The notes under the pieces: model-generated
What the model was told of the DNA's origin: nothing
What the model saw: only the letters and a program-made list of their open reading frames with translations
Database searches by the model: none
NCBI GenBank assembly: GCA_965207225.1
Contig: CBDBLV010000005.1
Span: 1,696,001 to 1,760,000, forward strand
From: Dehalococcoidia bacterium
GTDB lineage: Bacteria; Chloroflexota; Dehalococcoidia; Plut-88900
Direction: 5' to 3'
Length of the DNA stretch: 64,000 bases
Made by a program: the position numbers and the translations under genes
In this document: piece by piece, positions 48,092 to 58,039 of the stretch
Numbering within the stretch: position 1 is the stretch's first letter
How the letters are laid out: each line of letters starts with the position of its first letter

Positions 48092-48279
48092 GCTCTACGT
48101 GACTTTAGTTTTAGCCATTGGGCTACAGCTTTTGTATTCTTTAGACATAGAAATATAATCTGCCAAATTGCATCACTGCGATGTCCATTTAACAGTTTAA
48201 CCAGGGCATAGTCATGGTGCTACGCCTTTGTCGTAGATCTACAAGACTATCGGACTTGCTATTGTCCAAGAGCGACCCC

Positions 48280-49128
48280 CTAAAACGCATCCCCACCCCG
48301 CACATAAGCCCCCAGACTCTGCCCCGTGTTGCGGTTCACCAGGTTCCGGCCAAACATCGGGTGCTTCATTCCCCGGACTTCGTGCTCGATTTCGAACAGC
48401 AGATCCCCCGAGTCCGGGTCTACGATCTTCTGAAACCGGAACTGGTGGTTGCGGATCTCCTCGGTGATCAGGCCCCGTTCCTCCAGCGCGTTGAACGGCC
48501 CCGAGAACCCGGCCACGTATATAGCGATGTGATGCCCGTCGTACTCGGCAATATCCCCGTTTGACTCTGTAAACCGCAGCTCCTGGCCTGTCCCGACGCT
48601 CACCTTGGCCATCCCGTCGGCAACCGACGCCGGCGCCTCCATCACCTCCCGGTAGAACCTCGCTATGCCGTCCGCAGTGCCTGCCGGAACATCGAACTCC
48701 ACGTAGGGAATGCCCAGCGACATCTCGCCGAACTTGTCCGAGCCGCCATCGTAGCAGTGGAAGGTGTTTCCCCAGGGGCCCGTGACCACGACGCAGCAAT
48801 GCTTGTCCTCCCAGGCAAACTCCGTTCCCTCCAGCCGCTCCTCCACCCCCGAGAGCTGCTCCCTTAACTGGTCCAGGCTTGGGACCACGAGCCCGACGTG
48901 GCCGCGCAATTGCTGTGCATCGCTGGTCGGGAGGTGGAACTGCTGGTCACCCAGGTTTACCCACATGTTGTCCAGCCCGACCATCAGGTACGGGTCCCGG
49001 GTCCCGCCCAGCGCCCCAACGTAGAAGGCCGTCGCCGTCGATTGGTCGGGGACTGTCAGGTTCACGTGTTCCAGCCCGACTATATTTCCGACATCCTCCA
49101 GTTCCGGTGTATAAGCTTGCTCGCTCAT
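48280..49128 (-). CDS. VOC/glyoxalase-like protein
   Basis: EDVGNIVGLEHVN, TRDPY, QFHLP, GPWGN, YDGHHIAIY, EHEVR. Confidence 0.8.
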   Translation of the reverse strand: MSEQAYTPELEDVGNIVGLEHVNLTVPDQSTATAFYVGALGGTRDPYLMVGLDNMWVNLGDQQFHLPTSDAQQLRGHVGLVVPSLDQLREQLSGVEERLEGTEFAWEDKHCCVVVTGPWGNTFHCYDGGSDKFGEMSLGIPYVEFDVPAGTADGIARFYREVMEAPASVADGMAKVSVGTGQELRFTESNGDIAEYDGHHIAIYVAGFSGPFNALEERGLITEEIRNHQFRFQKIVDPDSGDLLFEIEHEVRGMKHPMFGRNLVNRNTGQSLGAYVRGGDAF

Positions 49129-49187
49129 ATCGTCCCCCTGCCTGGTGTTCCTGTTTCCACTTCTTTGCCGTGCACAACCGGCTTGGT

Positions 49188-50369
49188 CTAACGCTTCACC
49201 CCGCCCGGGTTCAGTATCTCCCTGGCGATCAACATCTTGTTCACTTCCTGCGCCCCTTCCCCGATGCGCCGCACCCGTGCCTCCCTGTACCAGCGCTCCA
49301 ATGGCATCTCCCGGGTTACCCCGTAGCCGCCGTGCACCTGCAGCGACCTGTCTACGACACGGGCCAATACGTCCGCCGAGTGCAGCTTGGCAATCGATGC
49401 TTCCTGGCGGAAGTCTTCGCCCGCATCGAATTTCCAGGCGGCTTCCCAGATCAGCCACCGGCAGGTGCGGATCTCCACCTCGGAGTCGACCAGCATCCAC
49501 TGGATCGCCTGTCGGGTGGACAAGGGCGCCCCGAAGGTCTCCCGGGTCTTCGAATACTCCACGGCCATACGATGTGCCGCCACCGAGACCCCCAAATTCG
49601 CCGCCGAATAGGGTATCCGGCTCCGAGCCAGGAGTTTGTTGGCCAACAGGTCCCATCCCCCATCCACCTCACCCAGGACGTTGCGAGAAGGAACGCGCAG
49701 GTCCTGGAAAAAGAGCTGGGCGGGCGTGTAGGCCCGGATCACGGGTATCGGCGTCAGGTCGAAGCCTGGCCATGAGTTCTCCACAACGAACGCCGTTACA
49801 CCCCGACGCGTCTCCGGGTTGGTGCGTGCGAACACGATGCCCCAGTCCCCCCACAGCGCCCCCGAGATGAAGACCTTGCTGCCGTTGATGATCCAATCAT
49901 CGCCGTCTCGGACGGCTCGAGTCTGGATGGCGCGGGCGGGATCGGAGCCGCCGCTGGGCTCCGTAATGGCGAACCAGGCCTTGCGCCGGCCCTGGACGGT
50001 CGGTATTCCGTAGGTGTCCCGCAGGTAATCGTTGCCCGCGAAGATGATCTCGGGAGGCGGCTCCCCCATCGTCCCGTACACTGGACAGTAAAGCCCGGCG
50101 GCGTGCTGGACCAATTCTTCGTCAATCACAGCTTGCGAAAAGATAGAAAGCCCCCCGCCCCCGAACTCCGAGGGGACGCCCGTGCACCACATCCCCATGT
50201 CTTTTGCAATCGGGACCAACCGGTCGTACTCCTCCTGGGGCAGGTGGATGGAGTCGTGGGGAATCTGCTGCTCCAATGGCACGATTTCGTTGCGGACATA
50301 GTCCCTGACTGCGCCCGCGGCCATCCTCAGTTGCTCGGGAAGCTGGTAGCGTTCTGTGGAGTCGGGCAT
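49188..50369 (-). CDS. Acyl-CoA dehydrogenase
   Basis: FAITEPSGGSD, NGSKVFIS, RETFG, QVHGGYG, RIGEG. Confidence 0.95.
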   Translation of the reverse strand: MPDSTERYQLPEQLRMAAGAVRDYVRNEIVPLEQQIPHDSIHLPQEEYDRLVPIAKDMGMWCTGVPSEFGGGGLSIFSQAVIDEELVQHAAGLYCPVYGTMGEPPPEIIFAGNDYLRDTYGIPTVQGRRKAWFAITEPSGGSDPARAIQTRAVRDGDDWIINGSKVFISGALWGDWGIVFARTNPETRRGVTAFVVENSWPGFDLTPIPVIRAYTPAQLFFQDLRVPSRNVLGEVDGGWDLLANKLLARSRIPYSAANLGVSVAAHRMAVEYSKTRETFGAPLSTRQAIQWMLVDSEVEIRTCRWLIWEAAWKFDAGEDFRQEASIAKLHSADVLARVVDRSLQVHGGYGVTREMPLERWYREARVRRIGEGAQEVNKMLIAREILNPGGVKR

Positions 50370-50389
50370 TTCGATGCTCCCGGCCGAGG

Positions 50390-51163
50390 TTATCGGCCTT
50401 TGAAGTCCGCGGGGCGCTTTTCGGCAAAGGCCCGAGGCCCTTCCTTTGCGTCCTCGGTAGTCATCAATATCTGTTGAATGGCCTCTTCCATCCGGAGCCC
50501 GTGGTCCAGCGGAAGGTACTGCGATCGAACGGCCAGCTCCTTGATGGCCCTCACCGCCAGCGGACCGTTCTTGCATACCACGTTGGCCATCCGCTCCGCC
50601 TCCTCCATGAGCTTGTCCAGCGGTACGACCTTGTTCACAAGGCCGTATTGGTGCGCCTCCTGGGCCGTCAGCCACTCCCCGGACAGGAGCAGCCACATGG
50701 CGACGGGATACGGGAGCTGCCTCAAGGTCCGCTGTGTGCCCCCGTTCCCCGGCAAAATCCCCCGCTTCACTTCGGAGAGTCCGAATTTGGCGTGCTCGGC
50801 GGTGATGCGGAGGTCGGTGGCCAGAAGAAGGGTCATGCCCCCGGCCAGGCAATAACCGTTGACCGCCGCGATAACCGGCTTCCAGACCTCCAGCCCCCGG
50901 TTAAGGATCTGCTCATCCTGAGTCTGCCAGAATTCCCACTTCTCAGGCACTCGGGGAATGGTCTTCTTCAGGTCGGCGCCCGCGGTAAACGCTCTCTCCC
51001 CGGCCCCCGTGATTATGGCGCACCAGACGTCAGGGTCGTCCCGCACGTCTATCCAAGCCTCGGAAAGAGACCGGTACATCTCCGGGTCCATGGCGTTCAT
51101 CGCCTCGGGCCGGTTGAGCGTGATGTAGGCGATTTTGCCTTTCTTTTCGTAGTCCAAGGCCAT
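50390..51163 (-). CDS. Enoyl-CoA hydratase/isomerase
   Basis: LNRPEAMNA, AFTAGADL, AVNGYCLAGG, EVKRG. Confidence 0.95.
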   Translation of the reverse strand: MALDYEKKGKIAYITLNRPEAMNAMDPEMYRSLSEAWIDVRDDPDVWCAIITGAGERAFTAGADLKKTIPRVPEKWEFWQTQDEQILNRGLEVWKPVIAAVNGYCLAGGMTLLLATDLRITAEHAKFGLSEVKRGILPGNGGTQRTLRQLPYPVAMWLLLSGEWLTAQEAHQYGLVNKVVPLDKLMEEAERMANVVCKNGPLAVRAIKELAVRSQYLPLDHGLRMEEAIQQILMTTEDAKEGPRAFAEKRPADFKGR

Positions 51164-51190
51164 GTCGAGGCTCCTTGCAGGTGGTTGGGG

Positions 51191-51601
51191 CTAGGGGGAG
51201 GGGCGGAACTTGGGTAGGGTGATCTCCTCGGTCACGTCGTCCCAGGTGACCTCAACTGAAAGGCCGGGCTGGATGTCGTCATTTTCAATTTCCACGATGT
51301 TCGATAGCAGCCGAGGCCCTTCCTCTAGTTCCACAATCGCCACGTTATACGGCAATTCATCCTCGAAGGCCCTGTTATAGCGCTGGTGAACGACAATCCA
51401 CGAGTACACGCTCCCCCTCCCCGACGCCTCCACCCAATCATGCTCCCCTGACAGGCATTCGGGGCAGGCGGGGCTCGCGTCCCTTTGGTGGCCGCACTTG
51501 GAGCAACGCTGGAGCAGGAGCTTATGCTGCCTGCACCCGTCCCAGAAGGGCTGGTTGTCCTCGGTGATTTCTGGTAGGGGCTTGGAGTAGTCGGTGGTCA
51601 T
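51191..51601 (-). CDS. DUF35 Zn-ribbon/OB-fold protein
   Basis: PFWDG, CSKC, CPEC, ELEEGPR. Confidence 0.93.
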   Translation of the reverse strand: MTTDYSKPLPEITEDNQPFWDGCRQHKLLLQRCSKCGHQRDASPACPECLSGEHDWVEASGRGSVYSWIVVHQRYNRAFEDELPYNVAIVELEEGPRLLSNIVEIENDDIQPGLSVEVTWDDVTEEITLPKFRPSP

Positions 51602-51604
51602 CGG

Positions 51605-52735
51605 CTACCTCCGCAGAATCGCCGTGGCGTGGGTGTGCATGATCCCGCCCTGCCCGCTGACCAGGGCCGTCTCCGCACCCTGGACCTGCCTGTCTCCGCA
51701 CTCGCCGCGCAGCTGCCTCACCCCCTCGACCAGGAGCTGCATACCGGCCATTCCACTTTCGGAAAGGAGCCCGCCGCCCGTGTTCATCGGCAACGACCCG
51801 TCGGGGCCCGTGCGCCCGTCCGCCACGAACGCCCCGCCCTCGCCTTTGGCGCAGAACCCGTAGTCCTCCAGGGTGATGATGGGGACTATCGTGAAGCAGT
51901 CGTAGATCTCGCAGACGTCTATGTCCCCGGGCCCGACACCCGCCATGGCAAACGCCTTCTCGCCGGATATCTTTGCCCCACTGGTGGTGAGGGTGGGGCG
52001 GTGGGGGAGGTCCCAGGCGATGTGGTGCTGCCCGATGCCCATGACGTACACGGGAGGCTTCCTCAGGTGCTTGGCTCTGTCGGCAGAAGTGACCACCACC
52101 GCGGCGCCGCCGTCGGAGACGAGGCAGCAGTCAAGGAGATGCAGCGGCCAGGTGACATAACGCGACGCCTGGTGGTCTTCCAACGTGATCGGGTCCCGCT
52201 TGTGAGCGTTGGGGTTCTTGGATGCCCACGCCCGAGTCGAAACCGCCACTTCACCCAACTGCTCACTCGTCGTCCCGAACTCGGTCATGTGCCTCTGGGC
52301 GATCATCGAGTAACCTGCCGGCGCACCGATGAACCCGTACGCTGCGTCGGTCCCGACCGGCCTCCCATAGGTCCCCGGCTTCCCTGATAGCGGGTTGTCG
52401 CCATAGCAGCATACGGCGGTGGTTATCAGCCCCGCCTCGATGGCCATCATCGCGTACTGCACCAGTCCCAGGTTGGTCGCCCCCGCCTGGTCTATTGTCG
52501 CAGCGATGACCGGCTGGATCCCGAGCGCCTGGGAAACTTTGTGGGCCCACAGGCTCTTGAAACCGGTCGGGGGGTACTTGCACAGGACCGCGTCGACGTC
52601 ATCCTTTTCCAGACCCGCGTCCTCGATGGCAAGCCTTGCCGCCTCCACGGTGAACTGGAGGGGCGAGACCCCCGGCACACGGCCGAACTTAGTCGTAGCC
52701 GCTCCGACCATGCAGTACTTGTCCTTGAGTGACAT
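51605..52735 (-). CDS. SCP2-type thiolase-like protein (Ltp2-like)
   Basis: DCCLVSDGG, EIYDCF, NTGGGLLS; adjacent DUF35 gene. Confidence 0.9.
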   Translation of the reverse strand: MSLKDKYCMVGAATTKFGRVPGVSPLQFTVEAARLAIEDAGLEKDDVDAVLCKYPPTGFKSLWAHKVSQALGIQPVIAATIDQAGATNLGLVQYAMMAIEAGLITTAVCCYGDNPLSGKPGTYGRPVGTDAAYGFIGAPAGYSMIAQRHMTEFGTTSEQLGEVAVSTRAWASKNPNAHKRDPITLEDHQASRYVTWPLHLLDCCLVSDGGAAVVVTSADRAKHLRKPPVYVMGIGQHHIAWDLPHRPTLTTSGAKISGEKAFAMAGVGPGDIDVCEIYDCFTIVPIITLEDYGFCAKGEGGAFVADGRTGPDGSLPMNTGGGLLSESGMAGMQLLVEGVRQLRGECGDRQVQGAETALVSGQGGIMHTHATAILRR

Positions 52736-52805
52736 TCGCTCTGACCTCCATTCCGGAGAGGTGTGCGTAGATGCGGCCTATTTTGCCATTATAGGGGCTT
52801 GCTGG

Positions 52806-54062
52806 CTATTTCCTGACCACCGGGACTAGGGGAGCTACACCCTCGTCGTGGAGAGTCTCTGCAGTCGATGAGGAATGCCCGAGAAGTTCGCCGATTGCCC
52901 AGTCGCTGTGTTCCGCAAACAGCGGCGCCCGACGTCCCAGCCACGTCAGCGGCCCCGACGACTTGAACGACACCCCTGGGTGCTTGAACTCTCCACCTTC
53001 TGGATGGTGTGTGTGGTCTACGAAGCCTCGTGCCAGGAATTGGGAATCGGCCAGTGCCTCGGGCGCCTTGAGCACGGCACCTACTCTCACCCCCGACGCC
53101 TGAAGATGGTGCATTGCTTCCTGTGGTGTGCATTGAAGTGTCCACTCCTGGATAAGGGAGTCGAGAATATCCCGGTTCTGGAGTCGGGCTGCTATCGAAT
53201 CAAACCTGGCATCCGACTTCCATTCGGCGTTGCCGGTTGCGTCAGCTAACCTTGCGAACTCCTCGTCCGATGTAACTGCGATAGCCACCCAGGCGTCCTC
53301 ACCGTTGCATCGGTATACGTTGTGGGGCGCCATCCCGTGATGTCGGTTCCCGACCCGCCCCGGCCCCCGACCCGTCAGCTGGTACTCCAGGAACTTCTCC
53401 CCGATGACCGCCATCGTTACGTCCCGCAGTACGATTTCGAGCCGTTTGCCTTGCCCCGTGCGCCGGCGCTTCCACATAGCTGACATGATCGCCGTAGCAA
53501 CGTGGAAAGCCGATGTCTGGTCGCTGTAGAAGTTACCAGGCTTGCTCGGGGGCCCATCCTCGTACCCCGTGACATGGCACATACCCCCCAGCCCCTCCGT
53601 TCCGGGCCCGAAGGATACGTAGTCGCTCCACGGCCCCGGACTCCCGAGGGCGGGCATGGCGACCATTATCAGGTCGGGGCGCAGGGTGCGCAGGTGCTCA
53701 TAGGTGAGCCCGAGGTTGGGCATGACCCGCGGGCTGTAGTTCTCTATCACTAAGTCACTGACCGAGACTAGCTCTTCGAATATAGCCTTGCCCCGGGGGT
53801 CGGCCAGGTCCAGGGCCAGGCTTTTCTTGGCCCGGTTCACCTCGTTGAAGCCCGCATTCTTGTTATAGGGCCGTTCCACCTTTTTGTCTGTCGTGAAGAT
53901 GGCCATGTTCCCGACGCTCCGACCCCACGGCAGCTCAATCTTGATCACCTCCGCCCCGAGATGCGACAGCATCCGAGTTGCCACCGGCCCCGCAATCACG
54001 TTGGTCAGGTCCAGCACCCGGACCCCGGTGAGCGGAAGTGGCTTCTTGGAGTTCGACGCCAC
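52806..54062 (-). CDS. CoA transferase family III (CaiB/BaiF)
   Basis: LDLT...AGP, GAEVIKIE, NRAKKS, FYSD catalytic Asp. Confidence 0.93.
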   Translation of the reverse strand: MASNSKKPLPLTGVRVLDLTNVIAGPVATRMLSHLGAEVIKIELPWGRSVGNMAIFTTDKKVERPYNKNAGFNEVNRAKKSLALDLADPRGKAIFEELVSVSDLVIENYSPRVMPNLGLTYEHLRTLRPDLIMVAMPALGSPGPWSDYVSFGPGTEGLGGMCHVTGYEDGPPSKPGNFYSDQTSAFHVATAIMSAMWKRRRTGQGKRLEIVLRDVTMAVIGEKFLEYQLTGRGPGRVGNRHHGMAPHNVYRCNGEDAWVAIAVTSDEEFARLADATGNAEWKSDARFDSIAARLQNRDILDSLIQEWTLQCTPQEAMHHLQASGVRVGAVLKAPEALADSQFLARGFVDHTHHPEGGEFKHPGVSFKSSGPLTWLGRRAPLFAEHSDWAIGELLGHSSSTAETLHDEGVAPLVPVVRK

Positions 54063-54064
54063 GG

Positions 54065-55291
54065 CTAAATGACCCCCTCTGCCCTTAGCCGTTCCATCTC
54101 TCCGTCGGACAGACCCATCGTGTCACGCAGCACTTCGTCTGTGTGTTCGCCGAGCAGCGGCGCCCGATTCGGCAGGTCCCCATCTCCCCATGGTGCGAGA
54201 GGCGTGCCCGGATACTTCAGCATCCCGGCCACAGGATGGTCGGCCTCCCGGAAGAATCCGCGGGCCTCGTTCTGGGGGTCCGACATCACCTCGGGGATGG
54301 ACTGTACCTTGGTGAAGGGTATCCGCAGCTCTTGGGAAAGCTCGAATACCTCCTCCCGCGTCAGGTCCTTCATCCAGTCAGTGACCTCTTGGTCTATCTC
54401 GTCCGCATGACCTGCCATAGCCGTCATCACTTCATTCTCAGCCAGCCGGCCATTGCCCGTGAGGGTCGCCAACCCGTCCGGGAACGATGGCGAATAATGC
54501 ACGTGCACCCAGCCGTCCTTGCACGGGAGAAGGGTGGAAGGATACGGCGCCCGACTGCTGGTGTGGATGAGCCGGGTTCCTTTGCGCCGCGGCAACACTC
54601 CTTCTCGCTCCAGTAACGAGTAGTAGGACACCCCTTCAAATGTGGAGGCGATAGCCTCCACAGTGGACACGTCGATGTACTGCCCTTCGCCCGTGAGGTC
54701 CCGGTAGTTCAGCGCCGCCACCACCGCCATCGCCGCCGATATGCCCCCGTGGTACTCCGACTGGTAACCACCGGCCTTCAGGGGCTCCCGGTCGGGGTCG
54801 CCGGTGATGTACATGTACCCGCTGAAGGCATACGCTACGATCTCCGACCCCTCGTACTGGCTGTAAGGCCCCTCTTGCCCGAAATACGAGATCGAGGCCA
54901 TGATCAGCGCCGTGTTGACCTTCGCCAGGCCCTCATAGTCCAACCCCACCCCCGACAGAAACCCTGGCTTGAATGACTCCACCACTGCGTCAGATTCACC
55001 GACAAGCCGCTCAATGATCTGTCGACCCTCGGGGCGCTCAATATCCAGCGCCACACTCTTCTTCCCCTGGTTCAGGTAAAGAAACGGCGCGGAGGTCTCA
55101 ATGTTTGACTTATCATTGAGAAACGGTCCAATGCTGCGTACGTCGTCCCCCGTGTCCCGGGGCTCGACCTTAATGACCTCGGCGCCCAGGTCTCGCAGCA
55201 TCTTGGTGCAGTAGCCTCCAGAGAGGCCGAGACTCAGGTCGAGAACCTTAACGCCTTCTAGGGGTCTTTCGATAGGCTCGGGGGCATTCAT
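54065..55291 (-). CDS. CoA transferase family III, second subunit
   Basis: LGAEVIKVEP, NQGKKS, G.GQYIDVS, APLLGEHT; YQSE at the Asp position. Confidence 0.92.
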   Translation of the reverse strand: MNAPEPIERPLEGVKVLDLSLGLSGGYCTKMLRDLGAEVIKVEPRDTGDDVRSIGPFLNDKSNIETSAPFLYLNQGKKSVALDIERPEGRQIIERLVGESDAVVESFKPGFLSGVGLDYEGLAKVNTALIMASISYFGQEGPYSQYEGSEIVAYAFSGYMYITGDPDREPLKAGGYQSEYHGGISAAMAVVAALNYRDLTGEGQYIDVSTVEAIASTFEGVSYYSLLEREGVLPRRKGTRLIHTSSRAPYPSTLLPCKDGWVHVHYSPSFPDGLATLTGNGRLAENEVMTAMAGHADEIDQEVTDWMKDLTREEVFELSQELRIPFTKVQSIPEVMSDPQNEARGFFREADHPVAGMLKYPGTPLAPWGDGDLPNRAPLLGEHTDEVLRDTMGLSDGEMERLRAEGVI

Positions 55292-55408
55292 GGGCTGCGT
55301 GGGAGGATAGGCGATAGACAGGGGTTCTGCAACCGGCGCACGATTGAACAATATCCTCAACAGTATTACCCTTGCCCCGCGCCTTTAGGTCAGGAGGGAG
55401 GGACAGGT

Positions 55409-56800
55409 ATGGACAACGTGATTTACTCATCCGCAAAGAACCTGGCAGGACTTGTAAAGAATGGCCAGGTGTCGGCGGTGGAGCTTGTCGATGGATGCCT
55501 TGCCCGAATCGAGGAGGTGAATGGCAAGCTTAACGCGGTCGTTCAATTCTGCGCCGAGAGAGCAAGGAACGAGGCCCAAGCCGCCGACCAGGCACGCTCC
55601 CGCAGCGACTCCCTCGGCCCACTCCACGGCGTCCCCATGACTATCAAGGACTCCTTGGACACCGAGGGCGTGATAAGCACCGGCGGCACCCTGGGCAGGG
55701 CCAACTTCGTCCCCGATGAAGACGCCACGGTTGTGAAGAGGCTTCGGGAGGCAGGTGCCATCCTCCTCGGCAAGACCAACACCCCCGAACTCACCCTCCA
55801 CGGTGAGACCGACAACCTCGTCTACGGCCGCACCAACAACCCCTACGACCTCGAACGCAGCCCGAATGGCAGCAGCGGAGGAGCGGCGGCCATTGTGTCC
55901 TCCGGAGGCGTGCCCTTCGACCTCGGCAGCGACACCGGAGGCAGCATCCGGGCCCCGGCCCACGTCTGCGGAATAGCCGGTATCAAGCCCACCTCCGGCA
56001 GAGTCTCCAGGACCGGTCACATAGTCCCCTGGGGTATGGGCGCCCTGGATGCGCTGACGACGATCGGTCCCATGACCCGCTACGTCGAAGACCTTGACCT
56101 GGTCCTGCGAGTCATCGCCGGCCCCGACGGCCGGGACCCGGGCCTCGTACCCATGTCTCTGTTTGATCCCGCAGAGGTCCAGCTCAAGGGACTGCGGGCG
56201 GCGGTCCACTCCAACAACGGCAATATCGAGCCGACCGCCGAGACGACGGCCATGGTCCACGCCGTGGCCTCCGCACTGGAAGAGGCGGGCGTACAAGTCG
56301 AAGAGTCGGTGCCCGAGGTCCTTAAACAGGCCACCCGGCTCTACGAGAGCATCGAATACGCCGATGGCGGCGCCTGGATCCAGCGCATGCTTGATGCCGC
56401 GGGCACCAAAGAAGTCAGCGAGGAAATAGGGCGTCGACAGGGGACGGTCGAGCCCGTGTCCAGCGCGGAGTTGATGAAACTCCTGGAAGAGCTGGACGAC
56501 TACCGCTCCGACATGCTGGCCTACATCCAAGACTATGACATCATAGTATGCCCTGCTGCGGCCTTCCCCGCCCTGCCCCACGGGACATGGAAGCTGGGAG
56601 GCGTCTACCGGGAGTACAGCCATACGTCGGCGTACAACCTCACGGGCTGGCCGGGGGGCGTAGTCCGTGCCGGCACCTCCCCCGAGGGCCTGCCCATCGA
56701 CATCCAGATCGTCGCCAGGCCCTGGCGGGAAGATGTAGTCCTGGCAGTCCTCTCCTACATCGAGGAGCGCTTTGGCGGTTGGGTGATGCCAGAATTCTAG
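55409..56800 (+). CDS. Amidase signature family enzyme
   Basis: TIKD, GKTNTPE, GSSGG, GSDTGGSIR. Confidence 0.95.
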   Translation: MDNVIYSSAKNLAGLVKNGQVSAVELVDGCLARIEEVNGKLNAVVQFCAERARNEAQAADQARSRSDSLGPLHGVPMTIKDSLDTEGVISTGGTLGRANFVPDEDATVVKRLREAGAILLGKTNTPELTLHGETDNLVYGRTNNPYDLERSPNGSSGGAAAIVSSGGVPFDLGSDTGGSIRAPAHVCGIAGIKPTSGRVSRTGHIVPWGMGALDALTTIGPMTRYVEDLDLVLRVIAGPDGRDPGLVPMSLFDPAEVQLKGLRAAVHSNNGNIEPTAETTAMVHAVASALEEAGVQVEESVPEVLKQATRLYESIEYADGGAWIQRMLDAAGTKEVSEEIGRRQGTVEPVSSAELMKLLEELDDYRSDMLAYIQDYDIIVCPAAAFPALPHGTWKLGGVYREYSHTSAYNLTGWPGGVVRAGTSPEGLPIDIQIVARPWREDVVLAVLSYIEERFGGWVMPEF

Positions 56801-56833
56801 GGACCCGACTATACACACTGAGGAGCAACAGAC

Positions 56834-57997
56834 TTGGCATACGGCGATACATTCGGCGAGACCTTTCCGAGAGAGGAGTTCGAAGCTAGACTGGCCAAGG
56901 TACGGGCTGGGATGGCGGAGAAGGGCCTCGACGCCCTCCTCCAGTTCTCCCCCTCCAACCTCTTTTACCTGACTGGATATAACACCGCGGGTTTCAACAA
57001 CTGGCAGTGCCTAGTAGTCCCCATGAAAGGCAACCCGGTGCTTGTTCTGCGCCTGCTGGAACGACCCATTGCCCTCGCTACTTCCTGGACCGACTCCATA
57101 GAGACCTACCAGGACCACGAAGAACCCGAGGCCGCCGTCGCCCGCACCCTCAGCGACCTGGGCCTTTCCAACGCTAGCCTCGGCGCGGAGCAGACCAGCC
57201 CCTTCCTGACCGTCGGCTCCTACAACAATCTGAACGGTCTTGTCGGTGGTAGATTGGTGGATGGAACGGGCATCGTGGAGTCGGTGCGGCTGATCAAGTC
57301 GGACCTGGAGCTGGACTACTTCCGCAGGGCCGCCCGGAGCACCGAGGCAGGTATGCAGGCCGCCGTCGATGCCATTGCCGAAGGCAGGACGGAAAACGAC
57401 GTAGCTGCAGCCTCCTACGAGGCCATGACGGCCACCGGCGGCGAGTTCTTCTGCAACAGCCCAATCGTGACTACCGGGTACAAGTCGGGGCTGGCGCATA
57501 CCACCTACCATCGGCGCACACTGGAACGCGGCGACCCCGTGGCCATTGAGATTGGCGCAACGTTCAACCGCTACACCTCCCCCCTCTTCCGCACCGCCGC
57601 CGTCGGAGAGGCCAGCCCCGACCTCCGCCGCATGTACGAAGCCTGCACCGAGGCCCTTGAAGCCGCCATCGAAGTCATCAAGCCCGAGGCCCGATCTCGG
57701 GACGTTCAGGAGGCCTGCCAGGGAGTCATCGACACCCGCGGCTTCGAGCCCCACTTCAGGAAAAGGGTTGGCTACGGCCTCGGCGTTGGCTACCCACCCA
57801 CGTGGGGCGAAGGACACATCATCGACCTCAAGCACCACGACGAACGGGTGCTCAAACCCAATATGGTTTTCCATGTCGTGCCAGCGCTTAGAGAGAATGG
57901 CGAATACGGGGTAGGGATGAGCGAGACGGTAGCGGTCACGGACTCCGGACACGAGGTAATCACCAACTTTTCGAGAGGATTGTTCATAAGAGGGTAA
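56834..57997 (+). CDS. M24 family hydrolase, ectoine hydrolase/creatinase-like
   Basis: YLTGY, RLIKS..E, RVGYGLGVGYPPTWGE, FH, SET. Confidence 0.85.
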   Translation: MAYGDTFGETFPREEFEARLAKVRAGMAEKGLDALLQFSPSNLFYLTGYNTAGFNNWQCLVVPMKGNPVLVLRLLERPIALATSWTDSIETYQDHEEPEAAVARTLSDLGLSNASLGAEQTSPFLTVGSYNNLNGLVGGRLVDGTGIVESVRLIKSDLELDYFRRAARSTEAGMQAAVDAIAEGRTENDVAAASYEAMTATGGEFFCNSPIVTTGYKSGLAHTTYHRRTLERGDPVAIEIGATFNRYTSPLFRTAAVGEASPDLRRMYEACTEALEAAIEVIKPEARSRDVQEACQGVIDTRGFEPHFRKRVGYGLGVGYPPTWGEGHIIDLKHHDERVLKPNMVFHVVPALRENGEYGVGMSETVAVTDSGHEVITNFSRGLFIRG

Positions 57998-58039
57998 TCT
58001 GGAGTACGCTACATAACGGGAAAGGCAGGGGCAAGACTC

